Origin: Octopus sinensis
Lineage: Eukaryota
Length of the DNA stretch: 64,000 nucleotides
Reading direction: 5' to 3'
Assembly (NCBI RefSeq): GCF_006345805.1
Contig: NC_043000.1
Location: forward strand, 37,696,001-37,760,000
Of this stretch, positions 1 to 12,356 are shown piece after piece. Both the position numbers and the translations under genes were made by a program. Within the stretch, counting starts at the first letter, position 1, and each line of letters starts with the position of its first letter. A model generated the notes under the pieces. The model was not told the DNA's origin. It saw only the letters and a program-made list of their open reading frames with translations, and searched no databases.

Positions 1-2
1 AT

Positions 3-931
3 ATACTAATTAAAAAAATTAACCTTAAAATAGAAACAGACATTTTTTACAAAGCCACAGACGCCAAACAATACCTTCTTTTTAATTCATGCCACCCAAG
101 ACACACTAAAACAAACATCCCCTTCAACCTTGCAAGAAGGATATGCACAATAGTGTCAGAACAAAATACCAGGAACTTTAGACTGCAAGAACTCAAAAAC
201 ACCCTAATTGACAGACATTACCCAGCTCAACTCATAGAGGATGGGATCAGACGTGCAACAGAAATCAACATAGAAACTTTAAGAAAAGTTCAACACAACA
301 ACACACCTTCCCCGAAAATACTACCTTACATATCTACATACAACCCCAGAAACAAAGAAGCCTTCACCATCATCACCCAGAATTTACCAATACTTCATAA
401 AAACCCAAAATTAAAGGAAATTCTAAACATACACCAAATCATTAAAAGCTACAAACAGCCTAAATCACTTAAAAAGATTCTCACAAAGGCAAAATTGTCT
501 TCTAAAATTACGGATGCAAAAGTAAAAAAATGTGGTAGATCGAACTGTGCAACATGTCCTAACCTATTGGAAGGATCAGAATTCTTCTTTAAGAGGGACA
601 GAAATTTAAGATCAAATCTAACTTTACTTGTGCCTCTGAAAACATAATTTATGTTATTAAATGCTCGGGCTGCCACCAAGACTACGTGGGTTCCACGGGA
701 CTATCACTCAGGCGCAGATGCACACTGCATCGACAACAGATTGCATTCCCAGAATATAGAATGATACCTTTTAGTGAGCACATTGAGAAATGCGCAAAGC
801 AACTACTGCCACAATTTTTAATCTTCCCATTTTACCAATGTGCTTTCGGATCATCAACACAAATGAGACTGAACAAGGAAACATTCTTCATTGAAAAGTA
901 CAAACCAGACTCAACCATCCGAACATACTGA
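3..931 (+). pseudogene. Penelope-like element RT C-terminus plus GIY-YIG endonuclease, frameshifted; runs off the window 5' end
   Basis: Frame from nt 3 reads TDIFYKATDAKQYLLFNSCHPRHTKTNIPFNLARRICTIVS (PLE RT thumb), then linker CGRSNCATC (CX4CX2C, Neptune-like). After a frameshift near 600 it reads FTCASENIIYVIKCSGCHQDYVGSTG...RRRCTLHRQQ (GIY-YIG). Confidence 0.92.
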
Positions 932-1081
932 CACAGAGAAATTAACAAGGAAATGGAAAAAAAATTTTTTAAGCGATTATCTCCCCTACACCGGAAAAAA
1001 TCACTCACTACCTCCCCTTATTTAGAAATCTCCTGGAAATAAAAACAACGATAATTCCATGCAATATAAACATAACGTCAC

Positions 1082-1121
1082 AAGAAATTTGAAAAGCTAC
1101 ACGCGAAACCGGTAATTTCTT
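1082..1121 (+). ncRNA. Type I minimal hammerhead motif, U3-A8 core variant, in the PLE 3' region
   Basis: AAGAAAT-TTGAAAA-GC TACAC GC-GAAA-CCGG-TA-ATTTCTT: 7-bp stem I, palindromic stem III (ACCGGT), GUA site. Confidence 0.65.
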
Positions 1122-1253
1122 TAAAAATTTTAAAATTATGTCATTTTAAGGAAAGGAAAAAAATTTTTCCAATATTCTCCAGACATTTTGACACAAATAT
1201 ATATATTTTTTAACATTTAAGCCTTCTGTCGTTTTTTCACACTTTACTATTTT

Positions 1254-1299
<46 letters not shown>

Positions 1300-1344
1300 A
1301 TCTGTGTGTGTGTGTGTGTGTATATATATACATATATATATATA

Positions 1345-1502
1345 TACGACGAGCTTCTTTCAGTTTCCGCCAACCAAATCCACTTATAAAGCTTTGGTCT
1401 GTTCACGACTATAGTAGAAGACACTTGGCCAGGGTGCAGTGGGACTGAACCTGGAACATGTGTTTGGGAAGCAAGCTTCTTACCACACAGCCACGCCTGC
1501 GC
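1345..1502 (-). mobile_element. tRNA-derived SINE family 1, 5' part
   Basis: Reverse complement begins GCGCAGGCGTGGCTGTGTGGTAAGAAGC...GTTCAGTCCC (A/B boxes); >20 related pieces in the window. Confidence 0.85.
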
Positions 1503-1949
1503 TGTTTGTGATATTTCCTTTTTTTTTATATTGTTACACTAAGCAGTTGTTGCTGTTGTTGTTTATTATTATTGTTTTCTGATATTTTGTTGTTGTTCGA
1601 TATTGCTATTTCTGTTGTACTTTCAGTCTTTTACTACTTCCAGTCATTGGTCTGCGGCCAAGCTGGAGCACCATGGTCAAATATTTAGTCGATCATATCG
1701 CCCTTTGAATTTATAAGTACTAAAGTTTACCTACATATTTCATCGATATCTATTTACTGAACCGCTAAGTTACTTTTTTCTTTTACACGGAGCCTCATTC
1801 AAATATTTAAAGCACCCATTGAATATTTGCTTATAATGGCGACTAACTTTAGAAGTAAAAATTTGCCACTGGGATTAATATCAGGAAACTTTTTATTTAC
1901 ATCTGATAATTAAAATTTTATAATCTTTTTTATTGTTTTCTTCTTTTTC

Positions 1950-2142
1950 TTGTTTCAGTGGCCATGCTGGAGCACCGCTTTTAGTCGAAAAAATCGATCC
2001 CAGGATTTATTCTTTGCAAGCCTAGTACTTATTCTATCGTTCTCTTTTTACCGAACCGCTAAGTTACGGGGACATAAACACACACGCGCGCATGCACGCA
2101 CACACACACATATGTATATGTATATGTATATGTATATATATA

Positions 2143-2182
<40 letters not shown>

Positions 2183-2304
2183 CGGGCTTCTTTCAGTTTC
2201 CTTCTACTAACTCCACTCAGAAGGCTTTGGTCAGCCCGTGGCTATAGCAGAAGACACTTGCCGAAGGTGCCACCCTGTGGGATTGAACCCGGAACCATGT
2301 GGTT
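1950..2304 (-). mobile_element. SINE family 1 copy with internal microsatellite; tRNA head split by a 2-kb insertion (head resumes 4339-4382)
   Basis: SINE sequence stops at ...GGAACCATGTGGTT (2304) and resumes as CATGTGCGGAAAGCAAGCTACTCACCACATAGCCACG at 4339. Confidence 0.8.
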
Positions 2305-4338
2305 CATTAAGATTTGCCATAAAGGCATTACAAAGAGTAGCTTGCGGGCTGGACATATACATTGATGAGGTGAATGATGAAACAAGGATGATATTGACGA
2401 GAGAAGGCAGAAAACGCCCGCCGATTTTCTGCTTCTCTAAAACATTTTTCTTTTTTTTTCATCAAAAACGACAATTATTGGACTTAATAGTCCATTACAA
2501 ATATATATAATAAATTATTCAATATACACACAATCTATAAGATCAATCCTCATCGGAGCCCCCAAGCAAATTACGCACCACCTGCAGGAAAGCCTGCATC
2601 GGCAGGTCGGGGCCCGGAAAGAGGAAAGCAAAATCTTCCTTATTACAGGTGACCATGACCTCGAACAGTTCCTTCTGACTCACGACGTCCGCAGCCACCT
2701 GCGGAGGCCAGTCTGGACAGTCTATACAAACCGAGTCCAATCGTTCTCGGCCTGGAAGACCGTCCAAGCACTTCTCGACAGGCCCTTCCCTGAGATAGAA
2801 AACGACGGGTTTCACGTCCTCCTCACGGGGGGGGGGTCTCAGCCCGTTCTGTCAGTGGCACAATTCACACTGGCAGAGCCTCTCGCTCCTGTTGCACACC
2901 TTCCATCGGAGGAGCATCGGGTTCAGTCAGTGGCACAGTGATATCCGTCGACCATCTCCCGTTTCTCTTCCTTCTCTTTTTCCTTTTTACGGGTGCGGGA
3001 GTCGGAGCCTCCACCGGAACACCCGGGGGGGGTCCTCCTCCTCTCTCACAACCTGCGCGTCTGTTGGTGAGCAACCATTGTTGCTCACCTTTCTTTTCCT
3101 TCTCGTTGAGGCCGATGCCTCAACGACTTCCGCCGTTTCTCCCTGCAATGGGAGAGCGGAGGACCTTTCCCTGCCCCGGGACCTTACCACGGCCCCGGGG
3201 GCAGTCCTCCTTCATGTGGCCTGACCCCAGGCACGAGTGACACTTGGGGGCGGCGACCCTCAAGTATCACTGGATACCTTGAGCCATCCATTTAAAAAAA
3301 GTCCGGGAAAGCCATTTCACCCGCGGGCACTGGAGTCCATCGGGTCAAAGTTGCTTTTGCACCCTCCCAGTCGACCGCAGGCTTTATCTCTATATCTAAA
3401 AGCTTGAGCCCGCTATCTCCCAGGCCCCGTCGGATGGCATCTGCAATCCACCCTGCTTCGATGCCCGGGGGAAAACCACATACCCAGGCCCTTATCACCT
3501 TCTTCCTACGATATGTGGGAAGAAACAAAACCTACTCCCCTTCTAGGGGCTGGCCTGCCACAGTGCAAGCCTCCTCAGGAGTGTCGAAAAGTAGCCACAC
3601 CGTGGCGTATTTGACACCCCTGGTTACGTAATAATTTTTGGCTGGCAAACATTTTGCCAGCTCTTTATTAATAATACCCTTATCGAAGAAGGCGATGGCG
3701 TCACGCGACCTACAATAGGTCCGTAGTACCACCGTCTTTCTCTCAAGGCTTTCAATCCATTGCTTAGGTGGGACCACCTTCCATTCTAAGGCATTTTTTG
3801 CATTTACTATGTTAAAAATCAATTCAAAAGAAGAAGAAAAGTCCAAATAAATTAACAAGTCCAAAAAGAAATAAACAATTCACTTCAAAAAATGAATAAA
3901 AATAAAATTCAAAAGAAACCCAAAAACAGCTCCAAAAAGAAAGCAAAACACAGAAGGATAGAGAAAAGAAAAACAGTTCACACAGCAAATATCAATGGCC
4001 AACCGGTACTCCTGGCCAACTTCGTAGGTTCAATGGTAATCCAACAAGTTTCAATGGCAAAATCCAGTAAGTTCGGGAGAGGATACGCCCCCTTTTTTCC
4101 CAATAAAACAACAAACAGCAGCCGCTGGCAGCAGGCAGAATTGCTTCGGAGCTGGGTGAAATTTATCAACAAATAAACAATTACTATTTGACAAATTACA
4201 CCCAGCTCAAACGAAAACAAAACCACCTACCTCGACGAGCTTATGCTGTCGTTGTTCTTTTTTCTTTCAGTTCAATATTAGACGGAGCCAAAACACTCAC
4301 GTCCGCCTCGGTTCACTGTAATAAGCAACACCAACGCG
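2305..4338 (-). mobile_element. ORF1/gag-only non-LTR retroelement (HAL1-like)
   Basis: ~500-nt 5' UTR, one disrupted gag-like ORF, ~240-nt 3' UTR, no endonuclease or RT. CATGTG duplicated at both junctions (2296-2301, 4339-4344). Confidence 0.7.
2543..3810 (-). pseudogene. LINE ORF1/gag-like protein: RRM-like region, CCHC zinc knuckle, basic/Pro-rich tail
   Basis: In-frame stops at 3532 and 3292 join the track ORFs: LFDTPEEA...FLPTYRRKKVIRAWVCGFPPGI...MDGSRYPVILEGRRP. A +1 shift then gives KCHSCLGSGHMKEDC (CX2CX4HX4C, 3201-3242). Ends LLGGSDED* at 2543. Confidence 0.75.
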
Positions 4339-4839
4339 CATGTGCGGAAAGCAAGCTACTCACCACATAGCCACGCTTGCGCTTATATAACTTTAATCAA
4401 ATTTGTTTCGATTCTAGTACATAATGATAAAATGAATAATGATATTCAGAAAAAAATGCCTTAAAATATAATCAAAGGAAACAATCATTCCCTTTAATAA
4501 TTACTCTTTCATTTGCTCCCTCTTTCTTCTCTTCGCCTGTCTTATTCCTTTCTCCATAGTTCTTTCTCTCTCACTGTATACATGCGCGTAGCGTTCCTTT
4601 ACTCATTGCAGATCACAAAGCCTAGCATATGCACTCATCCTGTATCCTCATGATAACTCCCACTCTGTCTCTCTTCTGCTCTCCCTCTCTCCCCCTCTCT
4701 CACTCTCTCTACCCCTCTCCATATTCCTATACTATGTAAAGTGTGACTGGAGAAATCGACCAGCCAATCCAAGCAATATTTATATTAGCTATTATTATAT
4801 CATTACGAGAGCATCATCGAAATGCGATAATTCGAGAGC

Positions 4840-5120
4840 GAAGCGGAGGGAAATATGGAATCGCCGAGCACCAACAGCACAAGTTCCATTTGGCCGGACA
4901 CGTCGCGAGGTTCACAGACACCGGCTGGACTAGTGCAGTTACTGAGTGATATCCAAGAGGTCGGAAAAGGCCACTTGGAAGGACTCCACAACGTTGGGAA
5001 GACGATTCAGTCAAGCAATTTAGATGGAGATTGAAAAGAATGTCGCAATGAAGTCAGAATTGGAAGCGTTTGTGACCAGTGGTGTATAACAGTATCTGAT
5101 GGTCTAATCGATACTGTGAT
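4840..5120 (+). mobile_element. RTE-clade LINE 3' fragment
   Basis: KFHLAGHVARFTDTGWTSAVTE*YPRGRKRPLGRTPQRWED matches the RTE C-terminal AGHVAR...W.PR..KR..GRP..RW.D pattern. Confidence 0.8.
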
Positions 5121-5157
5121 GCATACATACACACACACATACGCACACACATACACA

Positions 5158-5261
<104 letters not shown>

Positions 5262-5541
5262 ACAATTGAGGGTAAATTAATTAGTTATTAATCAATTCAC
5301 AAGTATTCAGTATGTAAAAGGACCATTTAAGGCGAATTCAAAATATTACATTTATAATATAGGGCTTAGTAAAATAAATTACTTTGCCACATACTGAACT
5401 TGCTAGAAATAGCACCCCAAAAAAAGTTTTTTTTGCCATTTCCACTACTTAAAGAAAAGTTCTCTCAGATAATGTTTACTCAAAATAACTCACGAAGGTA
5501 TGGAGGTAAAAACAGAAAAATATCACAAGTACAAAGATTAT

Positions 5542-5602
5542 TTGAGAACGTTAACGTTTCTAGATTAGCCAAATAAACTCAGCATTTCTTTCGTCAGCTC
5601 AA
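5542..5602 (-). ncRNA. Type I hammerhead ribozyme (family A)
   Basis: Reverse complement TTGAG-CTGACGA-stem II-GAAA-CGTTAACG-TT-CTCAA; canonical core, palindromic ACGTTAACGT. Confidence 0.75.
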
Positions 5603-6598
5603 CATTTCTTATTTTGGATTTGGAAGCACTAAAAAGGAAGAACATACCCTTTGGCGACTTATCACCTCAGATGACCCGTTCAGACTGCCAGTACCAACAA
5701 ATTCAAAATGTGCAAGCGAAGATTCACTGCTCTCCCCTTCCACCCACGTGGGTTATCTAGCAAACATTATATTTTAACGGTGAGAACCGAGGCAATATGA
5801 CAGAGAGAAATGAATTATAATATCAACAATTGAGGGTAAGATTAATTAGTTATTAATCAATTTCACCAAGTATTCAGTATGTAAAAGGACCATTTAAAGC
5901 GAATTCAAAATATTACATTATATAATTAGGGCTTAGTAAAATAAATTACTTTGCCACATACTGAACTTGCTAGAAATAGCAGCCAAAAAAAAAAAAGGTT
6001 TTTTTCCATTTCCACTACTTAAAGAAAATTTCTCTGACGAAAGAAATGCTGAGTTTATTTGGCTAATCTAGAAACGTTAACGTTCTCAAATAATCTTTGT
6101 ACTTGTGATATTTTTCTGTTTTTACCTCCATACCTTCGTGAGTTATTTTGAGTGAACATTATCTGAGAGAAATTTTCTTTAAGTAGTGGAATTGGCAAAA
6201 AACCCTTTTTTTTGGCTGCTATTTCTAGCAAGTTCAGTATGTGGCAAAGTAATTTATTTTACTAAGCCCTCCCTAAATTTAATGTAATATTTTGAATTCG
6301 CCTTAAATGGTCCTTTTACATACTGAATACTTGGTGAAATTGATTATAAACTAATTAATCTTACCCTCAATTGTTGATATTATAATTCATTTCTCTCTGT
6401 CATATTGCCTCGGTTCTCACCGTTTAAAATATAATGTTTGCTAGATAACCCACGTGTGGTGGAAGGGGAGAGCAGTGAATCTTCGCTTGCACATTTTGAA
6501 TTTGTGGTACTGGCAGTCTGAACGGGTCATCTGAGGTGATAAGTCGCCAAAGGGTATGTTCTTCCTTTTTAGTGCTTCCAAATCCAAAATAAGAAATG

Positions 6599-6659
6599 TT
6601 GAGCTGACGAAAGAAATGCTGAGTTTATTTGGCTAATCTAGAAACGTTAACGTTCTCAA
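6599..6659 (+). ncRNA. Type I hammerhead ribozyme (family A); a further copy lacking the stem I 5' strand lies at 6034-6089
   Basis: TTGAG CTGACGA AAGAAATGCTGAGTTTATTTGGCTAATCTA GAAA CGTTAACG TT CTCAA. Confidence 0.75.
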
Positions 6660-6843
6660 ATAATCTTTGTACTTGTGATTTTTTCTGTTTTTACCTCCAT
6701 ACCTTCGTGAGTTATTTGAGTAAACATTATCTGAGAGAACTTTTCTTTAAGTAGTGGAAATGGCAAAAAAACCTTTTTTGGGGTGCTATTCTAGCAAGTT
6801 CAGTATGTGGCAAAGTAATTATTTACTAAGCCCTAATTATATA

Positions 6844-6963
<120 letters not shown>

Positions 6964-7453
6964 TTAAACTATGGTTGCAGAACAAACAAATATAAGGTCA
7001 TCCACGTAACATTTCATATCTCGAACATTTAATCACATAATGCTTTTTCTTTCACATAGAATATACATGCATAAAATCACGGAAGATGAAACACAACTCA
7101 TCAATACAAGCATATACGAAAAATATAAGAAAAATGTGTGAATACAGTTCATCGCGGTTAAAAGTTAATGATTAATACTTTAGCGACTAAAAAATATATA
7201 TTCTTTTTAACATTACAACACCTAGAATAATAAATACATAAAAATATAAAGAAATATATAAATATATAGATATATAAAAATATATAAAAATACATATATG
7301 TAGGAAGCATATAAATAAGTAATATATAATATATAAGGTAAGATAAAAGTTCATCGTTTAGAAATTTTTTCCGATTAATAATTACTTTTCAGATAAGGGA
7401 AACCTATAGTTAAAAGCCAGTGTCCAAGCAAAAAAGAAGAAACCATATTTACA

Positions 7454-7535
7454 TTCCCTATGGCCATTTCAGGCGTACATCACCGTATTTAATGCACGAG
7501 GGTGCATCACGATAATTACTCCTTCGTCAGGGGAA
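7454..7535 (-). ncRNA. Type I hammerhead ribozyme with extended stem II, 3' of the GIY-YIG ORF
   Basis: Reverse complement TTCCC-CTGACGA-AGG...ATGCAC CCTC GTGCAT...CCT-GAAA-TGGCCA-TA-GGGAA; fully canonical core, palindromic ATGGCCAT. Confidence 0.85.
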
Positions 7536-7791
7536 AAATAAAGAAACAGACATCACGTACCAGGGTGAGACCTCCTTAACCGAACCTAACACAATATTGC
7601 GTGGTTTCTTACTTAAGAAGTCATGCTTAGACCAGCTCAAATAATCGAAATTAAAAAAAAAAATACAGAATTAAAACAGTTAAAAAAACAAAAACCTTTA
7701 AAAAACAACGATATAAATGGGTGTATTAAATTAAATTCAACCTCGATGGCTTCAATTCCCTGTAAGAGCTAAATTATTTACTTGCTACAAC

Positions 7792-8634
7792 TTACACGTT
7801 TAAGAATGTTGATGAAAATTTATGGATGCAAAAAGAAATCACGTCAGTAAATTTATTCAGAGTGTGTGGTCCATAACACCTAAGGATGGTAAGGGATTCC
7901 CTTATGCACGGCTTACATTTGCTAATATTTCCTTTGAAATTTGGAGTTTTTGAGACAATGGACCATTCTAGATAATAATTCTTATTATTCTTCAAATTAT
8001 GTATATGGGATGCAAGTGTTGTTGAATTACAATATTTATCGTTAGAAAATGAGCTCATATGCGATCTATATCTAGCCTTAAAATCTACCGTGCTACCTAT
8101 ATAAAATTTATTTAACTTATCCTCGTCCTTGACTACACATTTATATATGACGTTAGTAACTAGACAGGAACAATCTAAAGGACATATTTCGGGGTTTCTA
8201 CAATTACATTTCTTCCCGGGGCCTTTCCTAGTTTTATTTCTATTGTTATCTTTACTTTTTGTATAATCAGTTCTAGACAGGTTTCCCCCTTTCATTCCAT
8301 CAAATCTGCCCTTATTACTTAGGTTCGATAAATCTGGTAAAGGCAGACTGTTTGTACAATTGACATTAGGCGTTACAGAATTATTATTCGCAGGTCCTTG
8401 GTCATCCTCAAAGGAACTTTTCCAGCTATCCCGCCCAGCAAACTTGCTTCTATTGATTGATGCAATAATCGAAGCAAAGTTCGGCATTACAGAGTAAGAG
8501 AACTTGATCGTTGACTTGTTGCAAATACTATAGTACTTATGATTCCTTGGGAAGTTCTTCAGAATTCTAAAAAACATTTTTGGTAAGTTCCTTACTCTAA
8601 GGATAAAATGAAAAAATTGTGGGTAAGTCCCCAT
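7792..8634 (-). pseudogene. 5'-truncated PLE C-terminus with GIY-YIG endonuclease (second lineage, possibly Naiad-like)
   Basis: FPRNHKYYSICNKSTIKFSYSVMPN, CNCRNPEICPLDCSC, NVIYKC...KFYIGSTVDFKARYRSH, KCKPCIRE...LNK...CIHK; no RT catalytic core present. Confidence 0.88.
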
Positions 8635-8689
8635 GGAGGTGTTTTTATAACTTGTAAGAAAATGAATTTTTAAAAAAATTACTTCATTT

Positions 8690-9238
8690 GTATCTGATAT
8701 CTATGGTTAAAATTTCATCAACAGCAAAAATATATGAATCGTCATGGGGGTTGTGGCCCTTATGCATAGAATATAATTTCCAAATTTCGTAAAGATCCAT
8801 TCAGTACTTTTGAGTTAGTTTTGGATCATAAAAGAAATGACTGAAATTTGGGAGTTAAGGCCCCCATTAAGGTGTCTTAGAATGTGAAGTGGAAACTTTG
8901 AGAATACTTCTTGATGTGTGTCAATTACCCATGGTTGAAATTTCATCAACATCAAAAATTTATGAATTTTCATAGGGGTTTCTGCCCCCTTTAAGCCACC
9001 CGCAATTCAAACCAAACATATTGCATTATACCCGCCCTTATGCATTGAATCTAAGTTTCAAATATCATAAGGATCCATTCAGAAATGTTGGTCCATGAAA
9101 TTGTATGAAACACACAGCATTACCCTTCTCCCTGGGCTTCGATTTTGTGTTCCAAATTTCATTATGATCGGTGCAGCAGTCTTCGAATGTATAAGTAATA
9201 CACGAACACATAAAGACATTGTCTTGATATAATAAATA
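8690..9238. mobile_element. Non-autonomous element with internal subrepeats (Helitron/HINE-like; class uncertain)
   Basis: Recurring ATGGTT.AAATTTCATCAACA.CAAAAAT.TATGAAT and GCCCTTATGCAT.GAAT...GATCCATTCAG blocks; a similar end style (AAATTTGAATGAAATTGG...ACAGACAAACAGACAGAC) at ~10900-11000. Confidence 0.35.
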
Positions 9239-9254
9239 TGAATGTACACAATAT

Positions 9255-9306
<52 letters not shown>

Positions 9307-9346
9307 GTGCGTGCGTGTGTGTGCGTCCTTGTGTGTGTGTATGTAT

Positions 9347-9417
<71 letters not shown>

Positions 9418-9627
9418 AAGATAAATTGATAGATACAACTGAGTGGACAAACAAAAATATGAGACATATCGTAGTGCTTATTTTATGTTGATAAGCTTGG
9501 TACTTATTCTATTAGTTTCTTCTTGTGAAACCAGAAAATTATGGGGATGTAAATAAACGAACAGCAGTTGTGAAGCAGTGATGAGGGTGAAACACAGAAA
9601 CAAAGTCACACATATACACTTAAATAT

Positions 9628-9699
<72 letters not shown>

Positions 9700-9812
9700 G
9701 CATGTATATATTTAAGTGTATGTGTGTGAATTTGTTTCTGTGTTTCACCCTCATCACTGCTTCACAACGGCTGTTCGTTTATTTACACACACACACACAC
9801 CACACACACACA

Positions 9813-9843
<31 letters not shown>

Positions 9844-9844
9844 A

Positions 9845-9878
<34 letters not shown>

Positions 9879-10333
9879 GTGTGTATGTATACACACACAC
9901 GCACACACACACATATATATATGTGTGTATGTATACACACACACGCACACACACACAAAGATAAATCGTGTTCGCAAACAAAAATATGAGATACTGCTAG
10001 TGGCTTTTTTTATTTTTATAAGCCTGGTACTTATTCTATCAGTTTCTTCTTGTGAAACCAGTAAGTTATGGGGATGTAAATAAACGAACACCAGTTGTGA
10101 GGTAGTGATGAGGGAGAAGCACAAAGACACACACACAGACTTACATATATACATACATATATATACGATTGATTTCTTTCAGTTTCTGTCTACAAAATCC
10201 ACTGACAAGGCTTTGGTTGGTCCGAGGCTATAGCAGAAGACACATACCAAGTCACCACACAGTGGGACTGAACACAGGACCATGTGTTTTGGAACGAAGT
10301 TTGTTACCACACAGCCACAACTGCACCTATGTA

Positions 10334-10381
<48 letters not shown>

Positions 10382-11116
10382 GGTGTATACATGTATGCAT
10401 GTATATATGTGAATATATATGTGTACATATTACATGTACATCTATATATATACATCTATGCATATACATGTATACATATACATCTATACGTATAGAAATA
10501 AATGTATACATATACAGCTTTACACACATACACACACATACATAGGTGCAGGTGTGGTTGTGTGGTAACAAACTTCGTTCAAAAACATGGTACTGGGTTT
10601 AAATTTAAATTTAAAATAATAAGCGCGAGAAATTGAATATTAATTTGATTAATATGAATTGAAAAACATATAAGACCATAGCGAATCTTCTTCTAGCAAA
10701 ATGGATGTCCACTGTTAATGGTTCATCCCTCTTATATAATAGTTTGACTTTAATTGTTTCAGTATTAAAGTGAAAGTATCTGACATTACAATAGGGAGAT
10801 GTTTTTGTTTCACTTTTACCACGTAATACTGAAATAGTGGGGAAGATATGATATTGCTGTGGGCTCGCCCTAGGCAAGAAGTTAGAAATTTTTTTGCCCA
10901 TGACACTCCCTGGACCCTAAGTAAGGCATGTATAAAATTTGAATGAAATTGGTTTTAGCGATTCTCACAGACAAACAGACAGACACACATTCTCTGTTTT
11001 ATATATATATATATACAACTTATAAACAAGGGTAATAGATAAATTATTTCAATGCCATCATCATCATCATCATCATCATTATTATTATCATTATCATTCT
11101 TCTTCTTCTTCTTCTT

Positions 11117-11147
<31 letters not shown>

Positions 11148-12060
11148 TTATTATTATTATTATTATTAAGGTGTTCCTATCACCTTACAATCTACCTTTA
11201 TCTTTTCTTTCTCTAATGCACTGGCTCCACCATTGTTTTCATTTTTTGCAGTGATTGCTATTTATTTCCCATGTCTGTTAAAGAATGCAAAATGACAGAG
11301 TAAAAAAAGTGTTCTGCAGTAGGCTGGCATTTGCACAACATTACACCACACGCCCCACAACGACATTAATTTAGAAAATACATATATACTTTATAAAATT
11401 CCATAGAAGAATAATTATGGGAAACCATACACGGGCCACAATAAAATACCACAATTAACACGTCAACACATATATCTAAAAATTAATCCATGGGTACTGA
11501 GAAAAAAAAAGCGGTCAAAATTTGATCGCGACCAGCAAATTAATGCGTGACTGTTGAGGCATAATGCTCACGGTCAATAAGCATTTAGTGGGAAAGTCTA
11601 CAGAAATTCAATCAGAATTTAAGAAACAACAAAAACGCCAATTATATTCAAGTCAATTCCTGATAATATGTTTGTGACGGTCTAGAAATATCGGATATGG
11701 ATTTTGGAACTCTATTCGTCCAAAGCAACTGTAAGAAGCTAAAACAAAATATGAAAAATTAAAGACAAAATTTGATCATGGGTGTGTATTTAATGGAAAA
11801 CAGATATCCATCTATTTCTGTATGTGAGTATATATATGTCTGTCTGTGTGTGCACACGCGATTGTGTATGTCTGTTTGTGAGCGCGCGCGCGTGTGTTTG
11901 TGTATAATGTATATGTATATATAAATTCAAACATAGTTGATTATGTGAGAAATGTAAATAAAAAATATACGTGCAAAACTTCCATGCTATTATGATCAGA
12001 GAAAATTAGTCTCATTACGGCCCGCTCATGGTATGTTAACTGCTCCTCAGAGAAGACACA

Positions 12061-12135
<75 letters not shown>

Positions 12136-12212
12136 ATTCTATCTATCTATCTATCTATCTATCGATCCATCGATCCATCGATCCATCCATCCACCCATCC
12201 ATCCATCAATCC

Positions 12213-12254
<42 letters not shown>

Positions 12255-12280
12255 GTCTATTTATACATACATACGTACAT

Positions 12281-12348
<68 letters not shown>

Positions 12349-12356
12349 CTGTTTCT

